Of a stretch of DNA of 64,000 nt, positions 37,455 to 51,221 are shown one piece after another. The stretch covers positions 33,312 to 97,311 of the forward strand of contig JAAOMT010000127.1 of NCBI GenBank assembly GCA_016748015.1. The letters run 5' to 3'. The notes under the pieces are model-generated. The model saw nothing but the letters and a program-made list of their open reading frames with translations, was not told the DNA's origin and did not search any database. Each line of letters starts with the position of its first letter. Within the stretch, counting starts at the first letter, position 1. This stretch comes from Geosiphon pyriformis uo1 (taxonomy: Eukaryota; Fungi; Glomeromycota). The position numbers and the translations under genes are program-made.

Positions 37455-38400
37455 GAAAAACTTGTTAAATTAAAACTCCGATTATTTAAGACCCAATCCT
37501 TAAAACCCTGAATATTCAAAAATTACCATTGATAAATTTATTAAAAAAAAATTGTTAAAATTAAAACTCTGATTATTCAAAACCCGATTATTAAAACCCC
37601 AAACATTTGAAACTTACCTTTAATAAATTTATTAAAAACTCGTTAAATTAAAACTCCGATTATTCAAGACCCAATCATTAAAACCCTGAACATCCGAAAA
37701 TTACTGTTGATAAATTTGTTAAAAAAAAAATCATTAAAATTAAAACTCCGATTATTCAAAACCCAATTGTTAAAACTCTGAATATTTGAAACTTACTTTT
37801 AATAAATTTGTTAAAAACTTGTTAAATTAAAACTCTGATTATTCAAGACCTGATCATTAAAACTCTGAATATTTGAAAATTACCGTTGATAAATTCGTTA
37901 AAAAAATTGTTAAAATTAAAACTCTGATTATTCAAAATCTGATCATTAAAATCTCAAACATTCAAAACTTATCTTTAATAAATTCATTAAAAACTCGTTA
38001 AATTAAAACTCCGATTATTTAAGACCCAATTGTTAAAACTCCAAACATTCAAAAACTACCTTTGATAAACTCATAAAACTTGTTAAAATTAAAACTCAGA
38101 AAATTATTCGAAACCTGATAATTCCAACCCTACTATCATATAAAAAACTTACCTTCAATAAACTCATTAAATTAAAAACTCTGAAAATTATTTGAAACCT
38201 GATAATTCTAACCCTGCTATCATATAAAGAAACTTATCTTTGATAAAACTTGTTAAAACTCCAATTCTTCAAGACCCAATAGTTCAAAACCCGAACATTC
38301 GAAACCCAATAAATTTTAAACCTGCTAGTGTAGAAAGAAACTTATCTTCAGTAAAACTTGTCAAACCTCTAGAAATTCAAAACTCCGATTATTTAAAGAC
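37455..38400 (+). repeat. Tandem array inside element B, ~89-bp monomers alternating as ~179-bp dimers
   Basis: AAAACTC(C/T)GATTATT recurs at ~37472, 37563, 37650, 37742, 37829, 37918, 38006, then diverged units. Confidence 0.85.
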
Positions 38401-38584
38401 CTGTTGGAAGAATTCCAGAAAAAAACTACCTAAATTCATACTTATCTGTGTGAAGACTGCCTTCTTCTATGCCAAAAGTCAGTGTTAGGAGAGTGTTAAT
38501 ATAAAAAAGACTTAGAGAAGAAAAAAGAATTTGAGAATCAGCAGTACCAAAATTGATCAACAAATCATCAAACTCACCTGATGG

Positions 38585-39568
38585 TATTACCAACCGAAAC
38601 TTGAGATATTAACATAATATTACCCTTATAATTTCTACCATTAAATTAGCATATATTAATGTTCAAATTATCACTTATTATTTAATCAAATTATCAAATA
38701 TTATTAATCAATTAATAACCTGATTTGTACTATAGAAATTAGGATGATCAAATTACACAATACCCTGAACCATTTAATATTTAAGAGTTTGCCAAAATTT
38801 GTAGAAATTTGCCAAAATAATTAATAGTTCACTGAAATATTCAATAGTTCATAGAAATATTCAATAGTTCATAGAAATAACTTGTAAGTTTACCAAAAAG
38901 TATCTTTAGTTCATTGAAACCATAGTAAAGAAAATAGTTCAAGTTCATAGACTAGTACTACAACAAATTGTATAAAAGAAAAGCTTCTCTTTTCGAAAAA
39001 ATGTATCTTACTTTAGATTTATCACTTAGAATCATTTCTACACACACAAAAAGAAATAAATATCAAATAAATTTGAAAAACCAAATTCTTTAATTATTGC
39101 ACTTGGAAAATCCCCAAAACCCAACTAACATTTTGAAATTGATTAGCTACCAATTTTATTAAACTGTTAGTGACTCCAGGCCTGGATAAAAAAACGTTTC
39201 TCTTGATAAAATCCTATTTTTTTTACATTTTATTTTATTTTTCTTTTCTTATTACAATCATTAGAGTAGCTTACAGACAAGATTCCTGTAGAAGAGTTGA
39301 CTTTTACAGCAAAGTAACTACACATTTTTAGTAAGCTTCCAGACAAGCAATTTCTGGAAAAGAGTTGATGTTTACTACAACATAACTACATAAAGTAACT
39401 GGTAAGGAATTGGCCATTCCACTTATAAGCCCAGCAGTTCAAATTATAAAAGATAATTTGAAGATAAATTCAGTTACTGGAGGTTTAACTACTTTCTAAA
39501 AATGTGAATTCACAGCAAATCAACATTAACAACATTCAAAAAAAGAGACCAAAAACTCTCCGGTAACA
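38585..39568 (+). repeat. Solo LTR of family A inserted in element B
   Basis: Colinear with 5458..6448; ends CCGGTAACA; flanked by ATGG/ACAG (decayed ACGG TSD). Confidence 0.9.
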
Positions 39569-39572
39569 ACAG

Positions 39573-39894
39573 CCCTGAGTTACAATCTACTTCCATGCAT
39601 TATATATTCGAACTCCGAGGAAGATGAGCCAATCAGCAAGAATTGGAATCAAAACTTAATCCCGATTCAAACTCCATTGATAATGATGACGACAATTCAA
39701 ACTCCACCAACAATGACAACAATGATTCAAACTCCACTTCAAATACCAAACAATATATCATACTTCTAGATCTTACAATAGAGCAGGAATTAACTCAATT
39801 TAGTGATAATAATGAGGGCATTATGGCTAAATGTATGCATAATATGAATGCAGAATTTGAAATTAGATATCTTGGACAGACCCTTATAATTTAA
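39573..39894 (+). pseudogene. Remnant of the pre-dUTPase linker and dUTPase N-terminus in element B
   Basis: QYIILLDL...SDNNEGIM...AEFEIRYLG matches element C QYIALPDL...SDNGEGIM...AGFDLRYPG. Confidence 0.75.
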
Positions 39895-40039
39895 AAAAAA
39901 AAAAAAAAAAACACCATTCACATACCAAAATAGATTTAATAATAGCAATAGAAATTACAACAACAACATTGAAACAAGAGAGAAATTTAGAAGATTTTAT
40001 AGGAGCTCAATTCTAAAAGAGAGAGATAATATTACCCAA

Positions 40040-40912
40040 TGTTATAGGTGATTATTTCTGCTGTTGGATTAAATAACAAACCTGTAACTTGGTGCTCAAA
40101 AGCTACTTCTGTTGATGATGTTCTGCAAGTGTTGTATCTGAAGATTTTGATGAAGTTCTTTGTATAACAGACAGAGATTCAACAGTGTCAATAGTAGATA
40201 TATCTTTCCAAAAGTTTTCCCAATTTCTTTCTTAGCGTGGTGGCCAAATTTAGTCTGGCAGTCATGCTCTTCTGGTAAGCTATCCAATAATATATAAAAT
40301 TTTGCCCTTATTTCTGGGTCTTTTACCAGGCTATCTTTGACGTCAATAACTCAGTGCTTAATCTTTTAATCAATTAGTATACCACAATAAAATCAAAGAA
40401 GAAAAAAAATAAAATAAAGAAAATAAAATAAAGAGAAATAAAGAAAAGAAGCCAAGGCAATTTGGTACGTTAGTATCTCATCAATAGTCATGATCAAGAG
40501 CTATTGTTCCAGCATGGTTAAGTATCAATTACTATCAACATGAAGTGTTGATAGGAAGGAGTGGATTGTGATATAAAATAATTATTTATTTGATAATTGT
40601 GTTTCTGAGTTAAGGATTCTGTCATATTGATTCTGTCTTTTCTGTTTCTAATTCTACTACTATATATACATAATTGAAATTCCTTAATTCCTTGATTCTT
40701 CATGATAGGAATCCTGGAATTCCTGAAATCTTGCAATTCCTATGCAAAAAATCCTGGAATTCTGGAATCTTGCAATTCCTTGTCGGGAAATCCTGAAATT
40801 CCTAGAATCCTGCAATTCTTGAAAAGAATCCTGGAATTTTACATTTTACTATGCCTACTTCTGATTGGCTAATAATCATGCCAATATATTTCCTATATTT
40901 TTATGAGTAACA
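40040..40912 (-). repeat. 3' LTR of element C
   Basis: Direct repeat of 49330..50202; contains GGAATCCT/GAAATTCCT short tandem repeats ~40670-40840. Confidence 0.93.
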
Positions 40913-40925
40913 TTATTTCCTCTTT

Positions 40926-41555
40926 TTAATATTGAGCTCTGTTGAAATTCAACCCATTTAATTCTCCCTCTTGAAGTATTTCTTGGATTTTGTTTTTGAA
41001 AATTACTTGTGTTATTTGGGTTTGTAATTCTTCAAATTGAGCAATGGTGATCTTTCTCAATTGATTACTGGTAACCATATCTATTGTTTTGCTAAGCAAT
41101 ATTTTTGGTCTATCCTGAAATGCTGTGTGTATTTGATATATGGCTCAGGCCTGTGTGGATAAGTTGTTTTTTCTCTCAAAATGTTCTAATTGTTGTAGTA
41201 TTCTTTTGTTGAATAATCGCTTTGTTTTATCCATATATAGATTCTGGATATTTACGTGTTGTCCCAAGTAAAAATAACAATAGTTTTATGAAAATTGTTG
41301 TCTCCACCAATTCCAAGTTTCTTTAGTCAACTCTTGATATAGTGACTCTTTTGTCGACTTTTTTATTGCTAATTTTACTTTCACAATGATTTTGTCCACA
41401 GTATTTTCAGTTTTCTTCTGTGTTCTGAGTTGCAATGTCTTTCTAGTATCTTGATATCAAATGGTTTGTTGATTGATTGTAATCTCCATTTCCTGGTGTT
41501 GGATTAATTGAAAGAGTTGTTGTGCTAGTAAGTGAATGTTGTCTGTAATTTCCAT
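40926..41555 (-). pseudogene. Accessory ORF3 of element C (internal stops)
   Basis: Manual translation: MEITDNIHLLAQQLFQLIQHQEMEITINQQTI...YFYLGQH...FNRAQY-stop, aligning with ORF3 of A. Confidence 0.7.
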
Positions 41556-41609
41556 TTTTCTGATATTTTCTGTCACGTTTACTATGTCTTTATATATTCT
41601 CTTAATGGA

Positions 41610-42992
41610 TCAGTTTAATGTGTTGTTGTCAATAATAATGATTGGTTCCAGATCTTGTGGAATCTCATTTGGTTGAACTAGTATTCTCTGTACTCCTAAT
41701 TGTGAAATATTACTGGCAAATAGTAGTGTGATGTTGTGATATGGTTTTAGTTGATCTCCATGTGCTGTTTTGGTTAAAATTTTGTTATCCAATCTTAATT
41801 TGTAGACTCCATTTCCTAGAATTTCTTCTATGTGAAATGGTCTGTCCCATTTGGGGTCAAATTTTCCACTCCATTGTTTTTCCGCTTTGGTACAATATAG
41901 TAATACTTTGTCTCCAATCTTGAATTCAACTGGTTTGTCTGGTAGTTAACTATTGTGTTTTTTTTTCTGTTTTTCTTGTGACTTTTGAATATTATCAGCT
42001 GCTCTTCTTCGTTTGTTTTCTAATGTTTCCATTAAGTCATATGTTTTTCTTAGCAATGTTTCTTGAAAATTTTCTTCTGTTATTGGTTCAGCTGGATATG
42101 TATTAATTTCTCTCTCTACTGGTAACATTGCTGTTCTTCCATACACTAATTCAAATAGTGTTGTTTGTGTAGTATCATGTTTCATTGTCTGATAAGCAAA
42201 TAGTACTGATGGTATGAACAAATCTCAATCGTTCTGGTTTTCTTAGCTGAGCTTAGCTATTGTTTCACACAATGTTCTGTTGAATTTTTCTACTAATCTG
42301 TTGGTTTGTGGATGGTATGGTGATGATAATGGTCTCTTGATTCCAAATCTTTGGCTCAATTCTGTTAATGTTCTATTCACAAAATGAGTTCCTTGGTCTG
42401 ATAATAATTTTTTTGGACATCCATGTTGACAAATCAAATTCTGATGAACAAATTTGGCAATGGATTCTGTATCCACTCTTTGAATTGCTTTCACCTCTGG
42501 CCATTTAGTGAGATAGTCCATAGCTACTACTATGTATTTGTTTCCTTTGCTGGTAATTGTTAATGGTCCGACTAAATCAATTCCAATACAGTTGAATGGT
42601 TGTCCCACTTTGATTGGTCTTAATGGTTCACTGGGTCTTGTTCCTCCTCTTTGCTGACAAGCATTACAATTTTGAACATATTGAATGATGTCTGGGTATA
42701 TTGATGGCCAATAGTATCTCTTTTTGGTTCTTTCTATGGTTGCTTCTTTGTGAAAATGTCCTGCTGTTGGATTTGAGTGCATGTTGAATAATATTGTCTC
42801 TTTTTTTGGCTCTGTAATTACTCTGGTTGGTTGATCTAGATCTCTTCTATTTTTCTGATAAAGTATATTTTGGTAAATGATAAAATATTTTGATTGTTGT
42901 TTGATACTCTTTCATTCCATTTGAGATAAATTCTTCTTGAACTGTTGAGTGGTTATATAATGTTGAAGTTGTTGATATTTTTGTATGTTCAT
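41610..42992 (-). pseudogene. Integrase of element C
   Basis: ATG 42992 (MNIQKYQQLQHYI); HSNPTAGH, CNACQ, GIDLVGP, SDQG, YHPQTN in ORF 42243..42782; C-terminal fragments 41946..42221 and 41610..41792. Confidence 0.9.
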
Positions 42993-43055
42993 CTTTTGTT
43001 GTATTTTTTCATTGGTATTGTTCTGGTTTTGTTATATTTTTGAATTGAAATGTCC

Positions 43056-46000
43056 TTAGATTTGTCTTATTCGCGACAAACCGTCAGCATTTCCATTGTC
43101 TTTTCCTTTCTTATAGTGTATAATATAAGTATATTGTGATAGTGCCATTTTCCATCTGAATTGTCGGCCATCATCAAATTCTTGCTTTTGAAGTAACGTT
43201 AATTCTTTATAATCCATATATATATCAAACTTTTGGCTTAAGTATTCATTCCATTTCATGACTGCCCAATAGATTGCTAAATGTTCTAGTTCTGGTGTTC
43301 CATAGTTCTTTTTGGCTGGTGTTAGATCTCGGCTGGCATATATTACTGGATGTTCTTTGCTGTTTGGCCCCTTCTGAGATAGTACTGCTTCTAATGCTTG
43401 GCCAGATGCATTGGTAGTAATGATGAATGGTTTGTTGTGATCTGAGTAGATCAGTACTGGAGCTTTCTTTTCAGAATATTAAAAGCTTCTTGTTGATTTT
43501 TTGTCCATTCATATTTGGTATTCTTGGTTTGCAGATTATTGAGCAGTTGAGCTATCTTTGAAAAGTTTTTTATAAAGCATTAATAATAGCTTGTGAATCC
43601 CAAGAATGATTTCAATTCAGTTATATTGGTTGGCACTGGAAAGTTCTTTACTATCTTTATTTTCTCTGGATTTGTTTTAATGCTGTCTTTGCTGACTATG
43701 TGTCCCAAAAATTTTAGTTTTGTCTTGCCAAAAAAGCACTTTGTTGCATTTAACTTTAGCCCTGCTCTTTTTAGTCTTTTAAACACTTGTTGAAAATAAT
43801 AAAGATAATCATCAAATGTTTTTGAAAATACATTGGTGTTGTCCAAGTATACAACTACTGATTTCTACAATAAGTCAGTATAGACAATTTCTATTAGCCA
43901 TTGAAAAGTGGCTGGTGCATTGGTTAAACCGAATGGCATTACTTCAAATTCGAAATTCCTTTTTTTTGTGGTGAATACTGTCTTCTCTTTGTCAGCTAGA
44001 TCCATGGCCACTTGTCAGTAACCACTGTTCAAGTCTAATGTTGAGAACCATTTGTTCTTACCAAAAGCATTAAATAATTCCTGTATCTGTGGAGTTGAAT
44101 AGCTGTCTCCACGAGTTACACCATTGAGTTTCCTGTAGTCCATACAAAATCAGATCTTTTCATTTTTCTTATGGACGAGTACCACTGGTGATGACCATGG
44201 GCTCATTGATGGCTGAATTAGCCCATTGTCAAGCATTCGGATTATCTCTTGATGAATAATCTTGTGGCTGGCTGGTGACACTCTGTATGCTCTTTGTTTA
44301 ATTGGCATTGCATCTCCAGTCTTAATCTGATGCTGGATGATATCAGTTCGGCCAAACTCATTTTCACTGGCAAAGATGTCATTGAACTGGTTGAGCAACA
44401 TCTTGAGTTGCATATGTTGGAGTGGATCTAAGTTTCTCATGTTCATTTGTTCCAATTGTTCTGGTTGGAGCAAATAATATTCACTTCGTCCATATATTGT
44501 TTGTGATATAATATCAACATATCCACAAAGTTGTGAAAAGTCTGGAATGGAATTTGGTAGTTGATCCTCTATTTCAGTGCTTAAGTATCCAATGATGGTT
44601 CTGGTTGGTATTACTATGACATTTTCTGTGTTGTTGTAGATGAAAATTTTGATGTGGCTGTGATCTTTGGCTGGTATGTGAAAATTGATGAATCCAACTT
44701 CTCCTAATTCACAAAGACTGGCTTCTGCTTCAAAAATTTGTGCTTGGTCTTTTTCCTTCCTTTTTATTGCTAGCATGTACTGATTATATAGTGGAATGAA
44801 AATAGCTTGACCAGTTGAGATAATTTTTCCTTGGCCAACAATTTTTTCCTCCGCCATATTAACTGGTACATCTATTCTACCTGTTAATCCAAATTTCTGT
44901 ATTCCTCTCGCTGTTATTCCCAATTCCTCCCTTTTTCCCACTGATACTAACTGAGTTACTCTAACCAGAGGCAGGAATATTGTCTGTGCTATCTTTTTGT
45001 TGGGCTCTATTATATAGGCCTTTTCTGAGTCATTTTGTAGCATAGTGATGATATTTCCTACATATCCTGCATCAATTATTCCTCCTTTTATATTAATCCC
45101 CCTTTTTGCTAAACTATTCCTAGATGCTAATTGAACCATTGTTGTTGCCGGAATTTCTAGTGCTACTTTCAGATCAATGCAAGTGCATGAATGTGGTTCC
45201 AATTTGATGGCATTTTTTCCTGGATATCTCAGATCAAACCCTGCATCAGTATCATGTACACGTTCTGGCATAATACCTTCCCCATTGTCACTATACCATT
45301 TTAACTCTTGTTCCTTGGAGAGATCTGGTAGTGCAATGTATTGTTCGTAGTTTAAATCGGAGTTTGAATCTAAGTTGAAATCGGTATTGTTGTTGTTGCC
45401 ATATTGAATGGAGCTAAAACTGGTGTTTTTGTCATCATCATTGTTGGAGTTTAAATCAGGATTGAAAATCAATTCTGATTCTGATGCACATCTGCTGATT
45501 GGTTCTTCCTCTTCAGGGATTGTATAGATCATGTGTGGTGGTGGATTGTAAATGAGGTCACACTCATCACAATACTAAAAGTCACAGAGAATTAGGCAAT
45601 GTTGACATAGTCGAGCGTTCAACTGCTCTAACTGTTGTTCTTGTTCTTCCCTTGTGAGTGCTAATTCTTGGTAGTGTTTGTGAAATTGTTCTGGATCCAG
45701 AAGATTTATGATGGGTTCTGCATCCCAGTCAAGCTCTAAAGGTTCTGAAAGGTTGTCTTTGATTGTTTTTATTTCCTCAGGCAACGTCCCTTCAATTTTG
45801 GCAAGTGCCATTTGCCAAATTTTGTTGTTGTTATGTAGACAACTATCCAGTTGCTGCACAGCTCTTCTCCAGGCTGCTTTTATTGGGGTTCCTTTCCTTA
45901 TTCAGTCATTTATTAGAATCATGTATTAACACAATGCGTCGCACATTCCTCTACATCTTGGGATGTTGTTCCATATTTCTTCATCCAGCAGAGTCTCCCC

Positions 46001-49000
46001 ACAAGTGAGACAAGGTTGGTTATCCCATTTTCCTTGCCTCTTTGGTCATCCAAAGTGTTTGAGCAAGCATGGATGACAGTAGAGCTTTGTTGCAGTGTGG
46101 TATTCCTCATCCTTGCCATAGCATGCACCCATTAATGACAGTTTCTTGCCACAATCAACGCATATCAGTTTGGATCAGTGATAGGTTGATGGTTGTTGTT
46201 AACCATAGGTGTATGGGATATAAGTGTTGTTGGCTTAAGTGTTTTCTTCCTCCCTCTTTTTCCCTTTTCCCTTTTTTTCTTTGTTTTCTTCCTATTCTCA
46301 GCTTGAAGTCGGTTTATTCTCGTCGTTGTCAGTCCATGTCAAATCATCAGTTTTCCAGGTAAGTTTTTCTTTTTGTTTCCCTTTTTCATTGTCGTTGTCA
46401 TCTCAGGGGAGTATTGGCAGCAGTTTGTTGTGTTTTTTATCAGCCCACAACACTTAGTAGGCTTCCCAGGTAGGTTTCTCTTTCTTCTCCTCCAGTTCAA
46501 TCAATAGTTTCTCTCTTGGAAGAGTCTTAAAGTGGCCACACATGGCTGGTACACGTATGTGTTGGCCCTGATATGTTAGCTGAAGTTCCTGGGTGTTCCA
46601 GTCTAATGTCACGTTGACTTTGGATAACCAGTCATTACCAACAAGAGCTTGGTATTGAGTGGCTTCCATCACTAGAACTTTAATGGGAGTCATGATACTA
46701 TTGACTTTGAAAGAAAAGTTGTCAATTTCGCTGATTAGAGTTTTGGTCGCTCCATTAGCTGTGATGATTTTGGCACTGGCAGCTCAATTAACTTGGCAAC
46801 CTAATTGATCCATGAGTTGTCATGTGATGATGCTGCCTGCTAAACCACTGTCAAGGATCAATTTGATGAATTGTCCCTTGACTTTGGCATCAGTGTACAT
46901 CACGGTGATTGGTTTGGCTTCAAGAGTGGCTCCACTAAATAATGGTATTGCAGCTGTTTCTTCAAATTCGAATGAGAAGATAGCAGCCAAGGACTTGTCT
47001 TTAGTGATAGTAGCAGATGGGATATTACTGATGAGTGGTTGTTTTTGGGCGAATGTTGGGTTATTGGTTGAGGTGTCTTCTGTGGTGACCAGAAGACTTA
47101 AATAATTCTGAGAATTTGGATTCTGGGTTTGACTGGTACCTGAATTTTACTGGTGTAATCCAGATGGTTGCTGTGAAAAACTGGAGATCAGTTGATGGAC
47201 TACCATTGCCGATCTCCAGCTCTGTTGAGTCATTTTTGGTCTTTGGGTTCCATTGGGTGGTAAGCTTTGGGGCAGTGTTTGGATTTGTTAAGGTTGATAG
47301 ATTATTTGTGACTGCAGTTGTTGATAAACCACTTGTGGCTACAGTTGATAGATTGAAGCTTGATACACCGGAGACTGATAGATTAATGACTGCATCACTG
47401 GTAGGTAAGTGAGTTGGTTTTGATTTGGGTACTGATTCAGAGTTTGGAACTGGCAATTGGGGTTTCAATATTGATTTCCTGATTGTTGGTTATTTAATTA
47501 CTGGTAACAGTCAATTTGAATATGTCCTTGTTTACCACAATAGTGGCAGATATGTGTTTCCAGTTGTCACTGTTGATTGGTCAATGAAGATAAATGTGGC
47601 TGATTTTGGGCACAATTAGAATTTCCTTGATTATTGCGTCATTGTAGAGACTGATAAATGGTGTAATTGTCAGCTAAGTATTCTTCCAATCTCTTATTAA
47701 TTGATTTACTGAACTTCTCCAATTTGGAATCCAATTCAGATGATCTGTTTATTACTAGATTAACAGCTTGGGTATGGTTAGCCTCTGACTCAGTGGATTC
47801 AAAATCTCTGGCACGTGTAACTGTGTCTTGAAGGGTGCCTGGATGCAATGGATGTATATGTTGCAAGATACTGCTGCACAGGCCATGGATAAACTGATTG
47901 AGTATCTGTGATGCTGTGAAATAGTTGGTGTTAATTGCTTGAATTTGGCGCAGGTTTCAATGGAAGTGTCCCAAGTAAGTGGTAACTGCTTCAGTTTCTC
48001 TTTGTTTTATGATGGTGAATGTATTGACTAGGCAATTGATGCTGTTATTGTTGCTGAAGTATTTTAGGAATTCCGCTTTGAAAGCATTGAAATCTTGAGG
48101 TTTATTAACCAAGCTCTGATACCATAAATTGGCAGTATCCTTGAGAAAGTAGAGAATGGCTTGCATTGCTCAAGTGTCATTCCATCCATTGGCTACTATG
48201 GCCTTTTCTACATCATTCAGCCATACTTGAGTGTCATTTTCTTCACCAGTAAAGTTGTTAAGTTTTGCGATTGGTGTGTAGGCCATTGGATCTAAGTTAG
48301 GTGGTTGTGGTGGCTATTGGAGCAGTTGTTGTTGTCTTGGCTGCTGGGGTGGTAGTTGAAGTGGCTGCTGTATGGGTTTGGCTATGGAATTAATCGGTGG
48401 TTGATCGATGATAATTACCAGAGGTAAGTTTTGCTGATTAATTAATTCGGGGTTTGGATTGTTCTGCCTTTGATGATTTGGAGTTTCAATTTCCGAATTT
48501 TCTAGATTTAGATTTTGCTGAGTTTGAAAATTCGGGGTTTCAACTTCTGGGTTTTCAGTAATCGGGTGCTGGTAAGTGAATTCTTGGTCCTCTGATTTTT
48601 TTTCCTCTTTTTCTGATTCTGCTGCTTCTCACAAATCAGAGATTCCGAAATCTGGTGGAGGTGGTGGTAATCGAAGTCCTGATGGAGTTAATGATTGCGA
48701 ATTAAATCTCTCAAAGTATTTGCCATATGGTCCTAATAATTCTGTTTTCTTTTGTCTACTTTGGAATAGGAATTGTCCAAATGCTGATGTCACAATTGAT
48801 GGGAACGTGTCTGTTGATGATATGTGGATGGCACTTTTAGGTGTATAGTGGTAAGATGGGTTGCTTAGGGATTCAATTCTGTTTTTCTTTCAAGTAGGCA
48901 GCTGTATTTTTCTGGGTGTTACTGCTGGTGTTTGTAATTTTCCCTTGTCTTTACTAGTGTATGTAATTGGATATCTTTGTTGAGTGTGATGTTCAATTTC

Positions 49001-49267
49001 TTTGTTGATTTCAGTAATGATGGATGCGAAATTATGATTTGTTGGTAGGTTGGTGTTTTGAATTAATTCTTTATAGAAAGTTTCTCTTGCTGATTCAGTA
49101 TTCACTGGTGTTCCTAATAAAGAGAAAATCTTTTCATTGATGTAGAAATTGAAGGCTGATTTAGTAGATATATGATTGTAATTTAATCCCAAGTATTGAC
49201 AATAGTGTTGAAATAAAAATTTTGCAAATCCTAAATGGTTTGCTCCTATATTTTCTGATTCTGCCAC
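43056..49267 (-). pseudogene. gag-protease-Cys-rich-dUTPase-RT-RNase H region of element C
   Basis: Gag (YFLKDTANLWYQSL), protease (LDSG, ALVGNDWL), dUTPase (AGFDL, GIIDAGYVG, FGLTG) in ORF 44150..45532, RT (PWSSPVV), RNase H ending NADGLSRIRQI-stop. Confidence 0.9.
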
Positions 49268-49329
49268 TTTTGGTTTGGTGTCGTTGGTGCTGGTTCTCTG
49301 TAGAATTATACCTCACAGGGAGCACCAAA

Positions 49330-50202
49330 TGTTACAGGTGATTATTTCTACTGTTGGATTAAATAACAAACCCGTAACTTGGTGCTCAAAAGCTACTTCC
49401 ATTGATGATGTTCTGCAAGTGTTGTATTTGAAGGTTTTGATAGAGTCCTTTGTATAATAAACAGAGATTCAACAGTGTCAATGGTAGATGTATCTTTCTA
49501 AGAGTTTTCCCAATTTTTTTCTCAGCGTGGTGGCTGGATTTAGTCTGGCAGTCATGCCCTTCTGGTAAGCTATCTGATAATATATAAAATCCTACTCTTA
49601 TTTCTGGGTCTTTTACCAGGCTATCCTTGACGTCAATAACTCAGCGCTTAATCTTTTAATCAATTAGTATACCACAATAAAATCAAAGAAGAAAGAAAAT
49701 AAAATAAAGAAAATAAAATAAAGAGAAATAGAGAAAAGAAGCCAAGGCAATTTGGTATGTTAGTATCTTGTCAATAGCTGTAATCAAGAGCTATTGTTCC
49801 AGTGTGGTTAAGTATCAATTACTATCAACATGAAGTGTTGATAGGAAGGAGTGGATTGCAATATAAAATAATTATTTATTTGATGATTGTGTTTCTGAGC
49901 TAAGAATTCTGTCGTATTGATTCTGTCTTTTCTGTTTCTAACTCTACTGCTATATATACATAATTGAAATTTCTTAATTCCTTAATTCTTCACAACAGGA
50001 ATCCTGGAATTCCTGAAATCCTGCAATTCCTATGTGAGGAATCCTGGAATTCTGGAATCCTGCAATTCCTCGTTGGGGAATCCTGAAATTCCTGGAATCC
50101 TGCAATTCCTGAAAGGAATCCTGGAATTCCACATTTTATTATGCCTACTTCTGATTGGCTAATAATCATGCTAATATATTTCCTATATTTCTATGAGTAA
50201 CA
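49330..50202 (-). repeat. 5' LTR of element C
   Basis: Direct repeat of 40040..40912; followed on the minus strand by PBS TGGTGCTCCCTGTGAGG. Confidence 0.93.
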
Positions 50203-51221
50203 TTGAGTAGAAAAACCAATCCAAAGTTATGAAAAAACATGACCAAAACATGACATAACACAGAATAGCATGCAATAATGTTGAATAATATGTTATAACT
50301 TAGAATAACACAGGATAATGCGTTATAACATAGGATAACACAAAATAACATGTAATAACACCAAATAACATGTTATAACATAGGATAACTAGTAATAACA
50401 TAGAAAAACAAAGCAATTACAGAAATAGCAAAGCAATAGTTAGCAATAACAGAACAATCAGAAGCAATTCTGTAGAACAAAAAGAATGTATAAAATAAAT
50501 GGCTGTAGAAGTTAAAAAAACATCCAGAGAGAAAATTAGACTTTCAAAAGTCAATTAAACTCTCAGAGTCAATTAGACTTGTAGGTCATAATTATTAAAT
50601 ACTTTTCCTTTCAAAAATAATTGCTATCAACCAAAATGAAATTATATCAATAAAATATCCCTTTAATTCTTCAAATTCATGTTATTATTTACTACTTAAC
50701 CTGCTGGCACAATAGCTCTTGATCACGGCTATTGACAGGACACTTATTTCTTATTTTTATTTTCTTTATTTTCTTTATTTTTTTTTATTTTTTTTTATTT
50801 TTTTTTATTTTCTTTTTTTATTTTTTTTTTTCTCTTGTGAAGTGACAACATAGGAAAATAAACTGTCTGGGAATAGACTTCGTGATAGCCTGGTAAAAGA
50901 GGAAGGCTCCTCCTAAGTTTTGGATATTAATATTATCTTGATAGCTTACTAGAAGAGCGAAAAGACAATGCCAGACCCTAACAACTGTGCTTGTTAGCTT
51001 GGAAAAGAAAGTTCACATTTATGGAAAATGTTGCAATCAACAAAAGACAAACTCTGTGCCTTATAACCAAAGAACTCAATGGGTAAAATCACATCCAGGA
51101 ATAGACCTTCAAAGACTGATAATCAAGACTAAGCCAACAAAATTACGCGGAAGACGCATTATCAATAATTGAGAGCACTAAATGTTACCATTTTTCATAC
51201 TCACCAAGTTTACCTGTAACA
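50203..51221 (+). repeat. 3' LTR of element B (main part)
   Basis: Matches 36320..37321; ends CCTGTAACA. Confidence 0.9.

Larger units (their letters stand above)
40040..50202 (-). mobile_element. Complete Ty3/Gypsy element 'C' (10.2 kb), degenerate, inserted near the start of B's 3' LTR
   Basis: Two 873-bp LTRs (40040..40912, 49330..50202); PBS 49311..49329; PPT 40913..40927; gag, protease (ILDSG), dUTPase, RT, RNase H, integrase, ORF3; TSD CCAA/TTGA. Confidence 0.95.
36314..51221 (+). mobile_element. LTR element 'B', internally deleted/non-autonomous, itself carrying a solo LTR of A and the whole of element C
   Basis: 5' LTR 36314..37321; PBS TGGTGCTCCCTGTAAGG; PPT ~40015-40029; 3' LTR split as 40030..40039 + 50203..51221; 4-bp TSD ACAG/GCAG (36310-36313, 51222-51225). 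Confidence 0.85.

Noticed and set aside
37455-38400. CRISPR array
   Set aside because: Whole units repeat with no unique spacers, no cas genes, eukaryotic LTR context.
49311-49329. tRNA gene
   Set aside because: Only a 3'-end-complementary primer-binding site; no cloverleaf.
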